A stretch of 64,000 bases of DNA, taken from Prorocentrum cordatum (taxonomy: Eukaryota). A program made the translations under genes and the position numbers. The notes beneath the pieces were generated by a model. The model was not told the DNA's origin. It ran no database searches and worked only from the letters and a program-made list of their open reading frames with translations. The stretch covers positions 1-64,000 of the forward strand of contig CAUYUJ010000303.1 of assembly GCA_963575745.1 (NCBI GenBank). The letters are read 5' to 3'. This document shows positions 23,569 through 35,334 of this stretch, piece after piece. How positions within the stretch are numbered: position 1 is the first letter of the stretch; each line of letters begins with the position of its first letter.

Positions 23569-26045
23569 ATCTCGGACCCCGCCCTCGACATGTTGGTTAT
23601 CATCTTCGAGGCCGTGAGACGTTGCGCCCTCGTTCCCGCGCGGGCTCGTTTCGCCATTATTTCAGTCGTTGCAAAGCAGACTGGGGGGGGCGTCGGCCCC
23701 ACGGCCTCTCTTGCTCTATACTTCGGCAATGGGGGGGGGCACCGCGCGGGGGCCCGGCGAGGGGGGGGCGCGCGCGAGCATTATCTGCAGCAGGCAATGC
23801 GTCATCTTCGGCGGACGGCGCTCGGCGACAATCCGCTCGCACGGAGACGGCTGCGCGCGCAGGAGAGGTTTCAGGTTCCATCTTCTTCGGGGTTTGTTCA
23901 AGTACTCTGAAACCATTAATTTGGGCGTCTTGCTCAGCCGACGCGAGAAGCGCGGCGTCGACGTCGCGCTGGCCTGGCTTGCCCTTGCCACGCGCAGTAA
24001 ACCCAGATGCGCGGCGACGGGCAAGCTCGCGAAGGGGCCCTTTTCGCGCGCTCAGGAGGGTCGGTGCTGGATGCCCGTTTGCTCCCACAGCGATTGGTGT
24101 CTTCATCCTTTTGGCCCCTGGATGATGCGCGGTTCCCCTGCGCGGCTGCTCGGGGCGCATGCGCTCACGATTGTGGCTTTTCCACGATTGAACCCCCCTG
24201 CATGTGGCGCCCGACCTCGCCGCTGCCGCCCGAGAGTTGCACGGCGTCAACATCGAAGGTTTGGGTGGCAGCATCTCGCTAGACGCGACCAGCAAGAGAG
24301 TTGCTTCACCGCGCCGGCAGCAGGCCCGCGAGGGCCCCTAAGTGTTCCAAGGCGTTCGCGTTGAGGTCGTCCACACTGAAGGCCAATGCTCGTAGGCTGT
24401 GGGGGGCGCGATAGGCCTTCAGCAGGCGCGCCAGGAAGATTTTCGTCGCGGGGCCTCTGCCTGGCTATTCTGACTGACCTGAAGTCCACGGAGTATGTGA
24501 TCATGAGTGCGGCGTGCGTTAGGACGCTACATCAGGCCCAAGGCTGGCTCCCGCCCCGTCACCCCGGCCCTGGTCCTGAACAAATATCCCATCCACCACG
24601 GGCCCATCGCCCCCATCTTGAGGCATTCGAAGGAGCTCTGGGTGGCCCGCGTGAGGACATTTGTTTTCACGCTTTTCTAGAAGGAGCCAAGACCCGCTTG
24701 GGAGTCTGTTGTCTCGGGTCCTGGCCCTGGTTGTTGGAAGCAGGTGCTGGCGTCATCCCGGCCGCGAAGCTAAGCTTGAGGAGGATAGGTTGGTCCATCA
24801 TGCCGAGATTCGCTGTCATTGTTGACCGTTTCGGAGTGCAGTTGCCCTTCGCGCCCATCAGTCCAGCCCGCCAGCGACATCTGCATTGCGCTGTGTTGCA
24901 CGTGCGTGAGACAAGCTTTTGCCTGCCCTGCCGCAGTTGGTCCGAGTGTGCCATGATCAAATGCGCGCTCAGCTTCAGTCTCGCAAGTCCTAATGCATGC
25001 GAGAAGGGCTGTATAAAGTGCGTTGCGCGCGCGGCAGCGTGGTCCAAGACTCGTGGACGTGATGCCGCGTATCAACTGGTATCCGTGAGTTCTGTGGCAG
25101 CGCAGGTGACAGCATAGTTCATATATCGAAGCGTTGCACAGCAGTTGGGGGTCAGCGGCAAGAAATCTTCGGGAGAGACTTGGACCTCGCCCCGCCAGCT
25201 GATTTCAGCGAAGAAGATGAGTCCGCCCTCCTGCACACCAGACGCCCCTACGAGCACCCCGAAGACACCGCGCCCCCGCCCGCCCGCCAGCTCGACGGAC
25301 CAGGCTCGGGGATTCGTTTAGAGTGCGTTTATGACCCATGCAATGAGTCGATTCACTCGTTTGTGCAGTGTCTTCGTGAGCTCTCCAGGGACGGGTGGGC
25401 GGTCGTTTGCGTTTCGGAGTCTTGGGGCGTTGTCGGTTCCACCTCTGGCCCGCTGTTGGCCCGCGTTCCCCAGACCCCGCAGTCCGCTGAATTCGCTGCC
25501 TTATGTATTGCCGTGCTGCGCGGTGTTGCCGATTGTGACAGTCACTCTCACTGTTCGGATGTTGCGCGACAGGCTGCCGATCCCATCTCTGCTCGGCTCT
25601 CTTTTCGTCGACCGCGCGCTGGATTCATGCCCCAGGCTCTGGCGTCGCGGGCGGGCGCGGCGCTCGAGGTCGAAGGCCGCGTCGTTGGCAGCCCTGATTT
25701 CGCCCCAGCCCAGAAGGCGCACAAGCGTGGCAACGACCGCGCAGACAGGGCCGCGCGAGTGGAGGCCCTCCGCCACCCGCGCCCCGGCCCAAGCGAGGCC
25801 CAGCGCACCGTCAGGTTCGCGCGCATCTCGCGCGTTGTCTGCGGGCCGGCTGCCTGCCCGCAGCATGCCTCTTTGGCCCAGGTTGGACCTCAGCGAGGTC
25901 CCGTGGATGAAACGCCCCTCCGCACCGAAACCTTCTCTGCCCCCTCGCGACCGGCATTGGGAAGGTAGGTTTTGCATTTGCGTTGTTTGTTCTCGGTGCG
26001 CCCGCTGGTCGGACAAACCTGGTCTTGGGCGGTGCTGCGGTTCTC
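20780..26045 (+). mobile_element. Degenerate LINE (ORF1-like region; APE-RT-RNase H)
   Basis: Helical ORF1-like remnants at 20800-21600. APE: LNCTA...ILVQEH, AGVGILVRDF, SPHSPV (22030-22660). RT: LFKYSETINL, VGAGCPFA (23500-24250). RNase H: GWAVV, QSAEFAAL, GNDRADRAAR (25320-25770). C-terminal CICVVCSRC at ~25975. Confidence 0.8.
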
Positions 26046-26554
26046 TCAGGAGGAGGAGGAGGAGGAGGAGGAGGAGGAGGAGGAGGACATTCTGGACATT
26101 CTGGACAATGAGGGCTCGTGGACAGCCACAAGACAGAAATCACGCAACATTACAAGCACTATGCAGGCACACAGCTGGGATGACAACAAAAAGAAGCGAA
26201 CGAGGGACCCCATCACCTCATCAAGCCATCCACACCACGCCCTGCAGCACAGCAGAGCATGGCATGGGCACGATGTGCACGCACCTGATCCCCTCCCACA
26301 GTTTGAGGAGGAGGAGGAGCAACAGCAGCAGAAAAGACAAAGCCTCCAGCTGGGACGGCCTGACGCACCGCTCTTCGGTATCTCGCCTGCTCCCGGCGGC
26401 GGGAGATGGCCTGCCGCAGCTCGGAGGTGAGCTCCACTCGGACGGGAGAAGGCGGAGGAGGAGGAGGAGCGGGGTGGGGAACCCAGGGATCCCCAGACGT
26501 CTCCAGAGTCCTCAACATCCCTTCTTCAGCCCACGGATCCTCCTCCTCAGGCCA

Positions 26555-27060
26555 CAAAGAGGCCTCGGCGGACTGCCACGAACTGGGGGCTCTTTCCTCC
26601 CAGTGTGCCGTCTCTGGATGTTCCTTTAAAGCACACGCACCCACCTCGAGGCAGGTCAACAGCAGCAAGCGCTGGCTCAACAGGAGCTGGGTGCCGATAG
26701 AGAGCTGCATATGCTGACGACTGGTAACATCAGGACGACCCCACCGATGCGTAAGTGTACCGAGAGGAGCAGGGGGACGACAACGATCGGCAACTCGGAG
26801 CTCCTGCCAGCGAGCTGCAGACCAGGTTGCGCACGGAGGGTCTCCGATGAGGCCGATAGCACGTCCTGATCTCAGGAGCGAGTCCCATTTCTGAACAACA
26901 CCTGCCCGGGTTAGATCTCCATTCACGGCGTCACAGGCCACATCGCAAGAAATGATAATAACCGTCACAGGACCATGTACCAGCCCACGTTCTAACTCAT
27001 CCTGCACATCACCAGCACGCCTCGCTCGTGAAAACATGTGTAAATAAGGCAAGCACAACA
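26555..27060 (-). pseudogene. C5 DNA methyltransferase domain (motifs I-VI), truncated
   Basis: Motif I-like LHMFSRARRAGD (~27007-27043); motif II/III-like IISCDVACDAVNGDL; catalytic motif IV GLIGDPPCATWS (~26820-26853); motif VI-like LKEHP (~26614-26628). Confidence 0.8.
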
Positions 27061-27249
27061 TACTGCAGTGGCCGAGGGCATCTCTCGGCAGCTGGACCAT
27101 CATAGGCCAGAGGTTCAAGCATCTGTTCATCTGTCACCGGGGTTTCGTAGTTGGGTTCCACCTCCTGGACCTCGAACAGGGGTTCGGGGAAATCCTCGTA
27201 TTGGTGATACATCTACAGATAACCGGCCAGGCCTCCACATAGGGCAACT

Positions 27250-29450
27250 GAGTCTGCTGAGGACCATTGCGGAGACCAGGGGCCCGATGCGCAGGAAGCC
27301 AGGCCCCCCTCCTCATGGCCCCGTTCTTGCGGGCCTCCTTACGCTCCAAGGTTTCTAGGGCCCTCACCTCCTCCAGAGCTTCAGGAGCCTCGGGTTCCAA
27401 GAACGAGAGCGCAGAGATGTAACAGTTGGGGTTGCCATAAGCAATATGATCAATACTCAATTCCACAGAGCTGAATCGTACTAGAGAGATAGGGCAAGTT
27501 CTTCTGTGGATATATCGAGCGGCAACCGAACGCTGCTGATGGTGAAACCGTGCAATATGAGACTTCGCTGGTGCAAAATTTGGCGACGAGAACGGGCAAA
27601 AAGGACAGCGATGCACAACAGGTGCAGGTGCCTGCTTCAGAGCAAGATCTGGTGGCACACCAATACCAGCAACATGCTGGACAAACAAACACCTGCGTTG
27701 TTTGGCGAGCGTCATCTATGCGACTGGACCAGCGAATATGAACTTCAACCCCAGAAAGGACCAAATTGGCCCAGTGTTGTCCCCGACCCAGGATCTCTTT
27801 CTCCCATAACCCAAATTCAGAGTAAGGACTTGGAAGCTTCCGGAGCCTGGATACCCGAGTACGTAGCCACCGAAGATCTTCCAGGACCGTGTTGAACCAG
27901 GAGTGCTTGGGCTCCGCCGTGGCCCTGATAAGCCCAAAGAGAACCCCAGGAACTTGCCGATACAGACAACTTAGATAACGAAGACGGTGCCAACGCATCA
28001 TGCTATCCACTGCACACTTGCACGCAGCCGCCAGGATGGCAGAAGCGGGCTCGGCACCATCATCATAGGCAGGTTTTCCCAAGGCAGAACGATAAGTCTT
28101 AATGGTGCCATCACGATAGCGATTGAACTGCGCCCAAGTATGTTGCGGCCACGTCGCCGCATCGTATAGTCTGCCGGACATGACCAGCACAGCAGCGAGC
28201 TGCAGCTTGTGCTGCACAGAAAGCTGAGGACTCGGGAAGGCCACCTGCCGTAGAGCTTGCAACGACGACGATGTTGACGAAGCACGGTAGGCCAGCTCAG
28301 GGGCCATGTTCTGTTTATCCGAGACCATCCCACCTAGATGTTTATACGAATGCACAGCTTCCAGAGACAAGCCCTCGGGAAACGTGTAGGTGGGCGGAAT
28401 CGACACCTTCCCCTCCTCCTCGATCCCGATTTGCCTACGTGCCACCACAGACCCAGGGCCTCTGCAGGCAACCAGCAAGGCGGTCTTGGCGGGGCCCACA
28501 TTGATCTTGAGGCTCACGGGGGTGAAGGAGTCAGCCACTATAGCCGCCAGGACGCGCGCGCGTTGAATAATGGATCCAGCAGGGCCCCAAGTATTGAACA
28601 GGCAGTCGTCGCTATACTCGACGTCATTGGCAGAGACCTTAGTGTCGCACTGTGCCAGGGGATTCAGGGCCCTGACCGAGGGGGCCTCCTCCTGAAACGA
28701 TGAACAGGAAAAGCTGAGCAGCCAATGTGTTGCCAGGCCTGGCGCCAGTAGTCATGAGGGCAACGAGCCCCGAGCCTGGCGTGGTGGCCCGTGTCCCCGT
28801 CGAGGTCTCTGCCAGGACACGTCCAAGGTGCGCAGGAACCTCCAGTTCCTCTTGCAGCGGCCGCTTGGCCAACTCAGCAGCGAACGACTCCATGCAAGAG
28901 GGCGGTGGACCTGACGCATGCAGAAGGTGGGCAATGCGCCCATTCGTTATCTCCTCCTCTCCCTCGAAGCGAACGAGAATCTCACGAACAGCGCGATGAA
29001 ACGCAGCTACCAAGTCCACGAAGAGCGCCGACATCGATTCGGGACGAATGCGAGCATGCTCCTGCATAAGCCGAACCACGTGAACAGCAAAATCCGCCCC
29101 TCGACCCTTGATACCGCTTCGCTGCGACTCGGGTGCGAACGCGTGGAGAACGGGCTGGAGACGGCCAGCCACGAGAGCATGCGCGCGTGTGCCCACCTAG
29201 GGTCCTATGGCCACTGAACTGCTGGATGCACGCTGGTTGGGCTTGCCGCGGCTTTTGCAAATCAGCCATGCGTGAGCGTTTCCACTGTAGCGGTTCATGT
29301 ATACATGACATATATTGCATTACCAGTGGAAAGCATGTCCGGGCACATTGGGTAGAGCGCAATTTCAAGATAGCTCCTGAGACGCAGCCCAAGCCATTCG
29401 CACAAGAACTCGTGGTCTGCAGTAGCTGCTGCCCAAACATAGTCAGCGTC
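27250..29450 (-). pseudogene. LINE reverse transcriptase plus C2H2 zinc fingers
   Basis: LFVDLVAAFHRA, TTGARPGNTLAAQLF, VEYSDDCL (~28600-28625), SLKINVGPAKT, YKHLGG, then CPFCPFSSPNFAPAKSHIARFH (~27540-27610). Confidence 0.88.
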
Positions 29451-30459
29451 GGCAAACTCTTCGCCGCTGAGTAATCGATTTTTCCAAGCGGATAGCACGA
29501 CTCACCTAAGCTTTTAGGAGGCACGCGAAAGCCAAGCTTTTGTTCGGCAAAGTGCTCCAGCCACCTGTCACGACCATCCGGCGGCGCCAGAGCAGGCGCG
29601 CCACCTTTCAGGAGAATCTGAGTGGACTGGTTGGCAGGACGATTCTTTGAGGATTTGACTCGCAGCTCGCGTAGCTGGCCGAAGGTTTGCCGAAGCTCTT
29701 CCAACAGAAAAGAATTTGCAAATACATGCGAGATCTGCTTCATCTTGGTAGCCTTATCCAACTCGCACGACCAGCCGATCACGCGTGAAGTGAGACATGT
29801 CACATTACCCCCCATGGCCTTCATAAGACCATGCCAGCGCCGAAGAAGACCTAGGCACTGAGGTGCACGTGGAAGACGAAAGGCAGGATTGGCAGGCACA
29901 CGAGCAAGCTCCTGACTTCTTGCTACAAGGTTATCTCAGGCAGCAAGCCGAGAAAGCCGCTGACAACCTGGGGCCGGAACTCCTCGACGAGCCTCCAAAG
30001 CTGTCGTCGGCATCGTATCCCAGTCAAGCCATTGGATCCAGATCGGATCCGTAGCCTGCCCCGGACGCCCTCGTGCTCCTGGTAGTCCATAGAAGCCCAA
30101 GCTTGGAACGCCAGCTGAATGAGTGCTCTGGATGCCTTTCGGGTCCAGCTACGATACGTGGCCCTAAGGCGCTTCCCAAGTTCCCAGAGCCCCAGAGTCC
30201 TGTCACCCACCCAATCCTGTCGACTGGGATCTTCAGGCACCAGATGCTCGCGAGCAACGGCAACAAGATGCGCATCCACTCGAGCACGGTGCGCCGTGGC
30301 TGACTCGGACAAGTCAGACTCCTGAAAAGCGGCAACATGCTGATCAAATGCCGCGCCAACAGCAGGGCCACGCAGCCATTCAGCTTGCGCGCGCATTTGC
30401 GGCCAACGATGTTGAAACATATCTAATGACCCTGACGGCGCACACATTGAGACACAGGA

Positions 30460-31265
30460 AGGTCAGTGGTCCTCAACAGCGTTAGCCAGATCAACAGTAT
30501 GGCCCACCTGCACCTGCTGGACAGCGCAGCCAATCCTGGGGAACAAGCGCGTCGTCGAGACGTTTATTAGTCTTCCGTCCGTGCGCGCATGCGTATGATG
30601 CGTGCCCCCAAAAGGAGCAGGCATGAAGGTGGAGGAGGCCGCCGGCTGAACGCGATGGCAGAACGCGCGCAAACAGGTCCCCGAGAAGTTTTTCTCGACA
30701 GCCTCGATATCCCCAATCTGCGGGGATCACCTGCACCTCACCTCGGCATTCGCACCTTGCAGAAGCACAGGATGCACACCAGGGATAATAAAGCCACGTC
30801 TGATATTTTGAGTACCTAGCCACCACCTTTCCATTGCACTAGTATCCTCACGAGCAGAATGAGGGGCAGCGGCAGCGGCGAGCAGTGCGCGCAGCCCAGC
30901 AACATGGAAGCGAAGCACGAGCCGACTCGTGTCGGCATACAGCTTGGAGATGCGATGCCGACCTGGCTTAGTACCTTCACGGATAGCTCAGCGTTGACCC
31001 ACATGGCCACGCCATCAGAACCATTGTGAACACAATTGGTGTAGTACATCCTGAAATCACCTACTCGCCTGGGTCGAGCCGTCTGGGGCCTAGTTTCCAG
31101 AACCCCAAAGAAGGTATATTTGGCCAACATCGTGATGCGCCCAGGGGCTTTCGCACCAATCACCTTCAGGAGCCCAGCGGATCTTCTGGATTTGTGAGAT
31201 CATTTGAGCTCCTGCGAGCCCTGAAGGGGGAAGAACGCTGGCAACGCCAAACTTCAAAACATTCA
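30460..31265 (-). pseudogene. LINE APE endonuclease
   Basis: FFGVLETR, GSDGVAMWV, AAAPHS, LLQGANAEV and terminal EDH. Confidence 0.75.
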
Positions 31266-31479
31266 GGTCCTGGGAGGGCGCGACGCCTGCGACGCGCTGG
31301 ACTCCCGTAACATCCTGGACCCAGTACCCGTCCGAAGCCACTTCTGTGACCTTCACGGCGTTAGATTCTGTGATGGACGGCAGACCCACGGAGCCCCCCC
31401 TCGCAAATCCATGCCCATGCGAGAGCAGAAGAGTCAAACATAAGGGAGGCGAAAAGCATATACTCCATGCGCGACACCA

Positions 31480-31970
31480 GGCCCATGCCCGTCAGACGCG
31501 CGATCGTATCAGCAAGTTCGTTATACCCTTCTCCTTGATGACTGCGGGTGTTGTCCCCGTCCAAGGTGCACGACGACGACGAGAACTGGACCAGGGGCCT
31601 GAGAAATCTAAGACCCGAGTTGCCCACCTCGAAGCTCTGAGTTGCCATAAGAACCCCCAGAGTCCGCATCGAGTCTAGTCGAAGCACTACGGGACTTCTG
31701 CCCCAGTCAGCTTGCGCTATCCAGGCCGCTGCAATCATCTCAGCCGTGTCAGAGTGGAAGTTGGAGGGGAAGCGACCCATCACATCCTCGGGCCTTGAGA
31801 TCACACCCTCGGAAGGGGAAGAGACCCTCGCATCCGAGATCGCACCTTCGAGCGCGCGAGAACCGTCAACGTACTCATACACAATCACAACTGCTTAGGC
31901 AGGAACGAACGATATATGATATATTCGCATTCTAAGCACCACCAGTCCCATCGGTATAAATCAGAACACG
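31480..31970 (-). pseudogene. RNase H domain upstream of the endonuclease
   Basis: LIYTDG (~31947-31965), TAEMIAAAW, LRLDSM, RSHQG and YNELADTIA give a complete D-E-D-H-D set. Confidence 0.8.
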
Positions 31971-32199
31971 AGAGGGGTGGCAGGGGGAGGCATGGCACTT
32001 GCTGCTGCAACACCTCCGATGATGCTGGGTGGAGGTACTCAGGCAAAGCACTCTCGCGCAGCTGGTGAACTTGAACTGGCCAGGGCTGTCTGAGCTGAGA
32101 GACAGCAGCCTGCGCAGGTAGAAATTCAAAATCACGGGCCTGGCGACGCGGGCACTGGTCAGAGGCAGTCAGGTGGGGACCACGAGGATCATCAGGACC

Positions 32200-33700
32200 A
32201 CCAGGGTGAGCAGTGGCCACTGCATGTTTACCTTCACGTCGGCCTCGTCGGCAGCAGTTCCTCCACGACCGGCGCCGCGCGAGGCTGCCCTCGCCCGACT
32301 TGGCTCCCTGCGGCCGTCGAGGCGAGACTGACTTGGCGCGCGGCCGCCTGGGCGAGCGCTCGCGCGCGGGCTCGGCCGCGGGGCCAAGGCGCGCAGCTGG
32401 ATTGGCCGACCCAGGCGTCGCCGCCGTAGCAGCCGCTGCCGTCGCGGCCGTTCCCGCAGCCGCAGCCCCCGCGGCCGCGTCGGCTGCCCTCGCGGCGGGT
32501 GCCGCCTCCGCAGCCGCCGACGCAGCAGCTGCATCGACACGCGCGGCCCCAGACGTCGGCTCGCCCGCGAAGGAGACGCGGGACAATGGCACAGGGATGT
32601 TGGCTCCCCCGCCCGTCTGGATCTGCAGCTGGCGAATGATTCCAGCGACCATCATGGCCGAGTTCTGGGCCTGGTGCGCTGCGAGGGCTCCAAGGGCTGA
32701 GAGCGGCTGCGCCGCGCCCCCAGGAGGCCGTGGCACACCCACGGCCCCAGGCACCCCAGGCACACCAGCTGCCGACGGCTGGGCAGCATCACCGACTGGA
32801 CCATCTGCCGCACGTTTGGCAGTCTTCGTCTCGATCTGGATCAGGTTCTTGAGCTCCACGATCGTCTTCTTCATGTGCTTCACCTGCGTCTGCAAGTCGT
32901 CCAGCACGTCGTGCGCCTTCTGCAGACGCTTCTCGACTCTCTCCAGGGCCTCCTCCTGTTTGCCCATATGTGAGGCCCCTCGCACTGCACAGCATAGTCA
33001 ATGTCGTCGCGAACTCTAGGACGGCGTCGTCGTAGTTCTCGTTCGCGTCGAGCCTGAGGATAATCGTATTCAAGGCCTCGAGCCTTGCTGAGACTTGCTC
33101 CTTGTAAGCATCGGCTTCGGCGTCGGACGCCTGAGGACCAGGCGGCGCCTTCCAGCGAGGATGTTGACGAGCAATCTTCGGCGGAGCGAGACGGATATGC
33201 AGCAAGTCCTTCGCCGACTTGTATTCGTCGCCGCCCTTGAGGTCCTGCTCCAACTGCGAGGAGCTCGATGCCACCTCCTGGGGCTTGGCAGGGCTCAGGG
33301 TGCCACGAGACGGCGAGGCCTCGCGGTGAGCAAGAGCAGCTGTGCCCTTGTCCTTGCCCCTGCCCTTGCCACGGGCAGCAGCACCATCGCGAGGAGGCGG
33401 TGCACTGCCAATTCTGCGGGGATGGGAACGTCTCCACGGAGGTGGCTCGGGCTTCACATTACCACACTGGCGGCAATCCACGCGCTCGTGCCAGTCCTAG
33501 CAGTAGCAGACACCACAGGACCATGGGGATCCTGGCGGCTTGGTCATCGCACCTGGCAGAACGAGACCACGAGGTTGTCGACTGTGATGCCATTGCAGCA
33601 ACTTCTTAGCCGCCGCAAGGCGCAGTAGCACACGGGCGTCGGCGCGACTCTTCTATGGCCCTCCGGTGCCACGCGGGCTCTCCACCCCTCCCTGCGTGGC
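32200..33700 (-). pseudogene. LINE ORF1 (RanBP2-like zinc finger plus coiled coil)
   Basis: PWSCGVCYC*DWHERVDCRQCG (~33462-33527); LERVEKRLQKAHDVLDDLQTQVKHMKKTIVELKNL. Confidence 0.65.
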
Positions 33701-33829
33701 GATGGGGTCAGCGCGGCCGAGAGGCAGCGCTATGGCGGGCTGCGGTCAGACGGCGCGTCCAGCAGCTGTCCCGAAAGTGAGGGGCCGCTACCTGGTAGCA
33801 CCCAGGCCCCTCTAGCCGGGACGGCGGCT

Positions 33830-34486
33830 GGAGGAGGAGGAGGAGGAGGAGGAGGAGGAGGAGGAGGAGGGAGGAGGCAAGAGGAGCAACACGAGGAAAA
33901 CGAGGACGAATTTGAGGAGGACGAGGATTAAGAGAGTGAGGAGGAGGACAAAAGGGAGGGGAAGGAGGAGGACGAGAAGGAGGAGGAGGAGGAGGAAGAA
34001 GAGGACGAGGGGGGGATCAAAACGAGAAGGGGGGAGGAGGAGGAGGAGGAGGAGGAGGAGGAGGAGGAGGAGGAGGAGGAGGAGGAGGAGGAGGAGGAAG
34101 AGGAAGAGGAAGAGGGGGAGGATGAAAACGAGGAGGAGGAGGAGGAGGAGGAGGAGGAGGAGGAGGAGGAGGGGGAGGGGGAGGGGGATGACGAGGACGA
34201 GGACGAGGAGGAGGATGAGGAGGAGGAGGAACATGACGAGGATGAGGACGAAGGATATGGCCGTGAACGAGAGGACGAGGAAGAGGAGGGGGAACATGAC
34301 TAGGACGAGGACGAAGGATATGGACGAGAACGAGAGGACGAAGAGGAAGAGGAGGATGAGGAGGAGGAGGAGGATAAACAGGAGGAAGAGGAGGAAGAGG
34401 ATAAGGACGAGGAGGTCGACGAGAATGATGACGATGATGATGACGAAGACGAGGACGAGGAAGACGAGGAGGAGGACGAGGATGAG
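33830..34486. repeat. (GAG/GAC)n compound microsatellite
   Basis: Directly visible. Confidence 0.97.
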
Positions 34487-34504
34487 ACGGCATCTTGCGT
34501 GCCT

Positions 34505-34920
34505 CGGGTGAGCTTCTTGGGCCTCTTGGGGGACCGCTCAGAGGGGGTTCTTGGGTGCCTTTCGGGTGCCTCTTGGAGGCTTCTGGGTGCCTCTTGGGGC
34601 GCTCTTGGGGCTCGCTTGGGGGGCCTCTTGGGAGCCCATGGAGGGCTTCTTGGGGCCGTCTTCGAGGCGGTCGGTTACAAGAGGGGGGGTCCTCGATGTC
34701 TGCCCCCCCCCCCCCCCCCCCTCGGGGGCCAAGATCCTCGTGATGGGGTGTCAAACATTGGCCCTCCCACTAGCAGAAAAAGGACCCTCTGGCGCATCGG
34801 TCCCCCTCAAAAAAAACAGGAAGGACAGGGGGAGGCTTCCCCTCCCCGAAGAGAAGAGGGGCTGTGGAAGAAACAAGAGATCGCCCTTAGACCACCTGTC
34901 GCCCAAAGGGCTGGTGGGAT
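34505..34920. mobile_element. GGGGCCTCTT-satellite element ending in a bulged hairpin (Helentron-like terminus, family A)
   Basis: An ~11-bp satellite, then CCACC-tgtc-GCCC-aaa-GGGC-t-GGTGG-GAT (34892-34920). Confidence 0.55.
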
Positions 34921-35275
34921 GTTGGTCCGATGGACCACTGAGCGACCTCCCAGGAGCCCGCGCCAGTGCCCACAGTTTCGCCGCTCGCAGGCCCCAGGAA
35001 CGGCGAGGCCCCAGGAACGGCAATCTCGCGAGGTACGGTTTCTCAGTTGATACCCGTATCCACAGCAAGGCATTCCACGAACCTCTCCAACTTGGTCATC
35101 CTCGAATGCTTCACTGGTCAATTTTTAGTTTGATTCCAATATTCAATCGTTTACCTAGCGCGGTGGTGCGAGCTAGGTCAGTGAAGGGGGTTCAGCGCTC
35201 ATTGCAGCGTTTGGCCAAAGACGCTGCCGTGTCTGGAAAGCGTGTGTGGCACCAGCTTTTCCGCCCAAGCTGACG
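34921..35275 (+). mobile_element. LINE ORF2 3' fragment
   Basis: TRIHSKAF...SIFSLIPIFNRLPSAVVRARSVKGVQRSLQ resembles a LINE C-terminus. Confidence 0.6.
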
Positions 35276-35334
35276 CAGCCGAGGGAATTCATTCATAACG
35301 CTATTCGTGTGTTTCATGAGGGCTTGTCGTAAAA

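Larger units (their letters stand above)
26555..33800 (-). mobile_element. Degenerate LINE carrying a C5 cytosine methyltransferase (ORF1; RNase H-APE-RT-C2H2-DNMT)
   Basis: Collinear minus-strand motifs run from ORF1 to the DNMT (see sub-features). The 3' end is truncated at ~26555, and no TSD or SL was found at the 5' end. Confidence 0.85.

Noticed and set aside
26555..27130. Bacterial restriction-modification methylase or contaminant
   Set aside because: The domain is collinear with LINE RT and zinc fingers in repeat-rich eukaryotic DNA, with no operon context.
33812..34754. Poly-Arg/Pro/Leu ORFs (also 35192-36796, 50577-52124, 60593-61918, 44524-45228)
   Set aside because: They are translation artefacts of stop-poor microsatellites and satellites.
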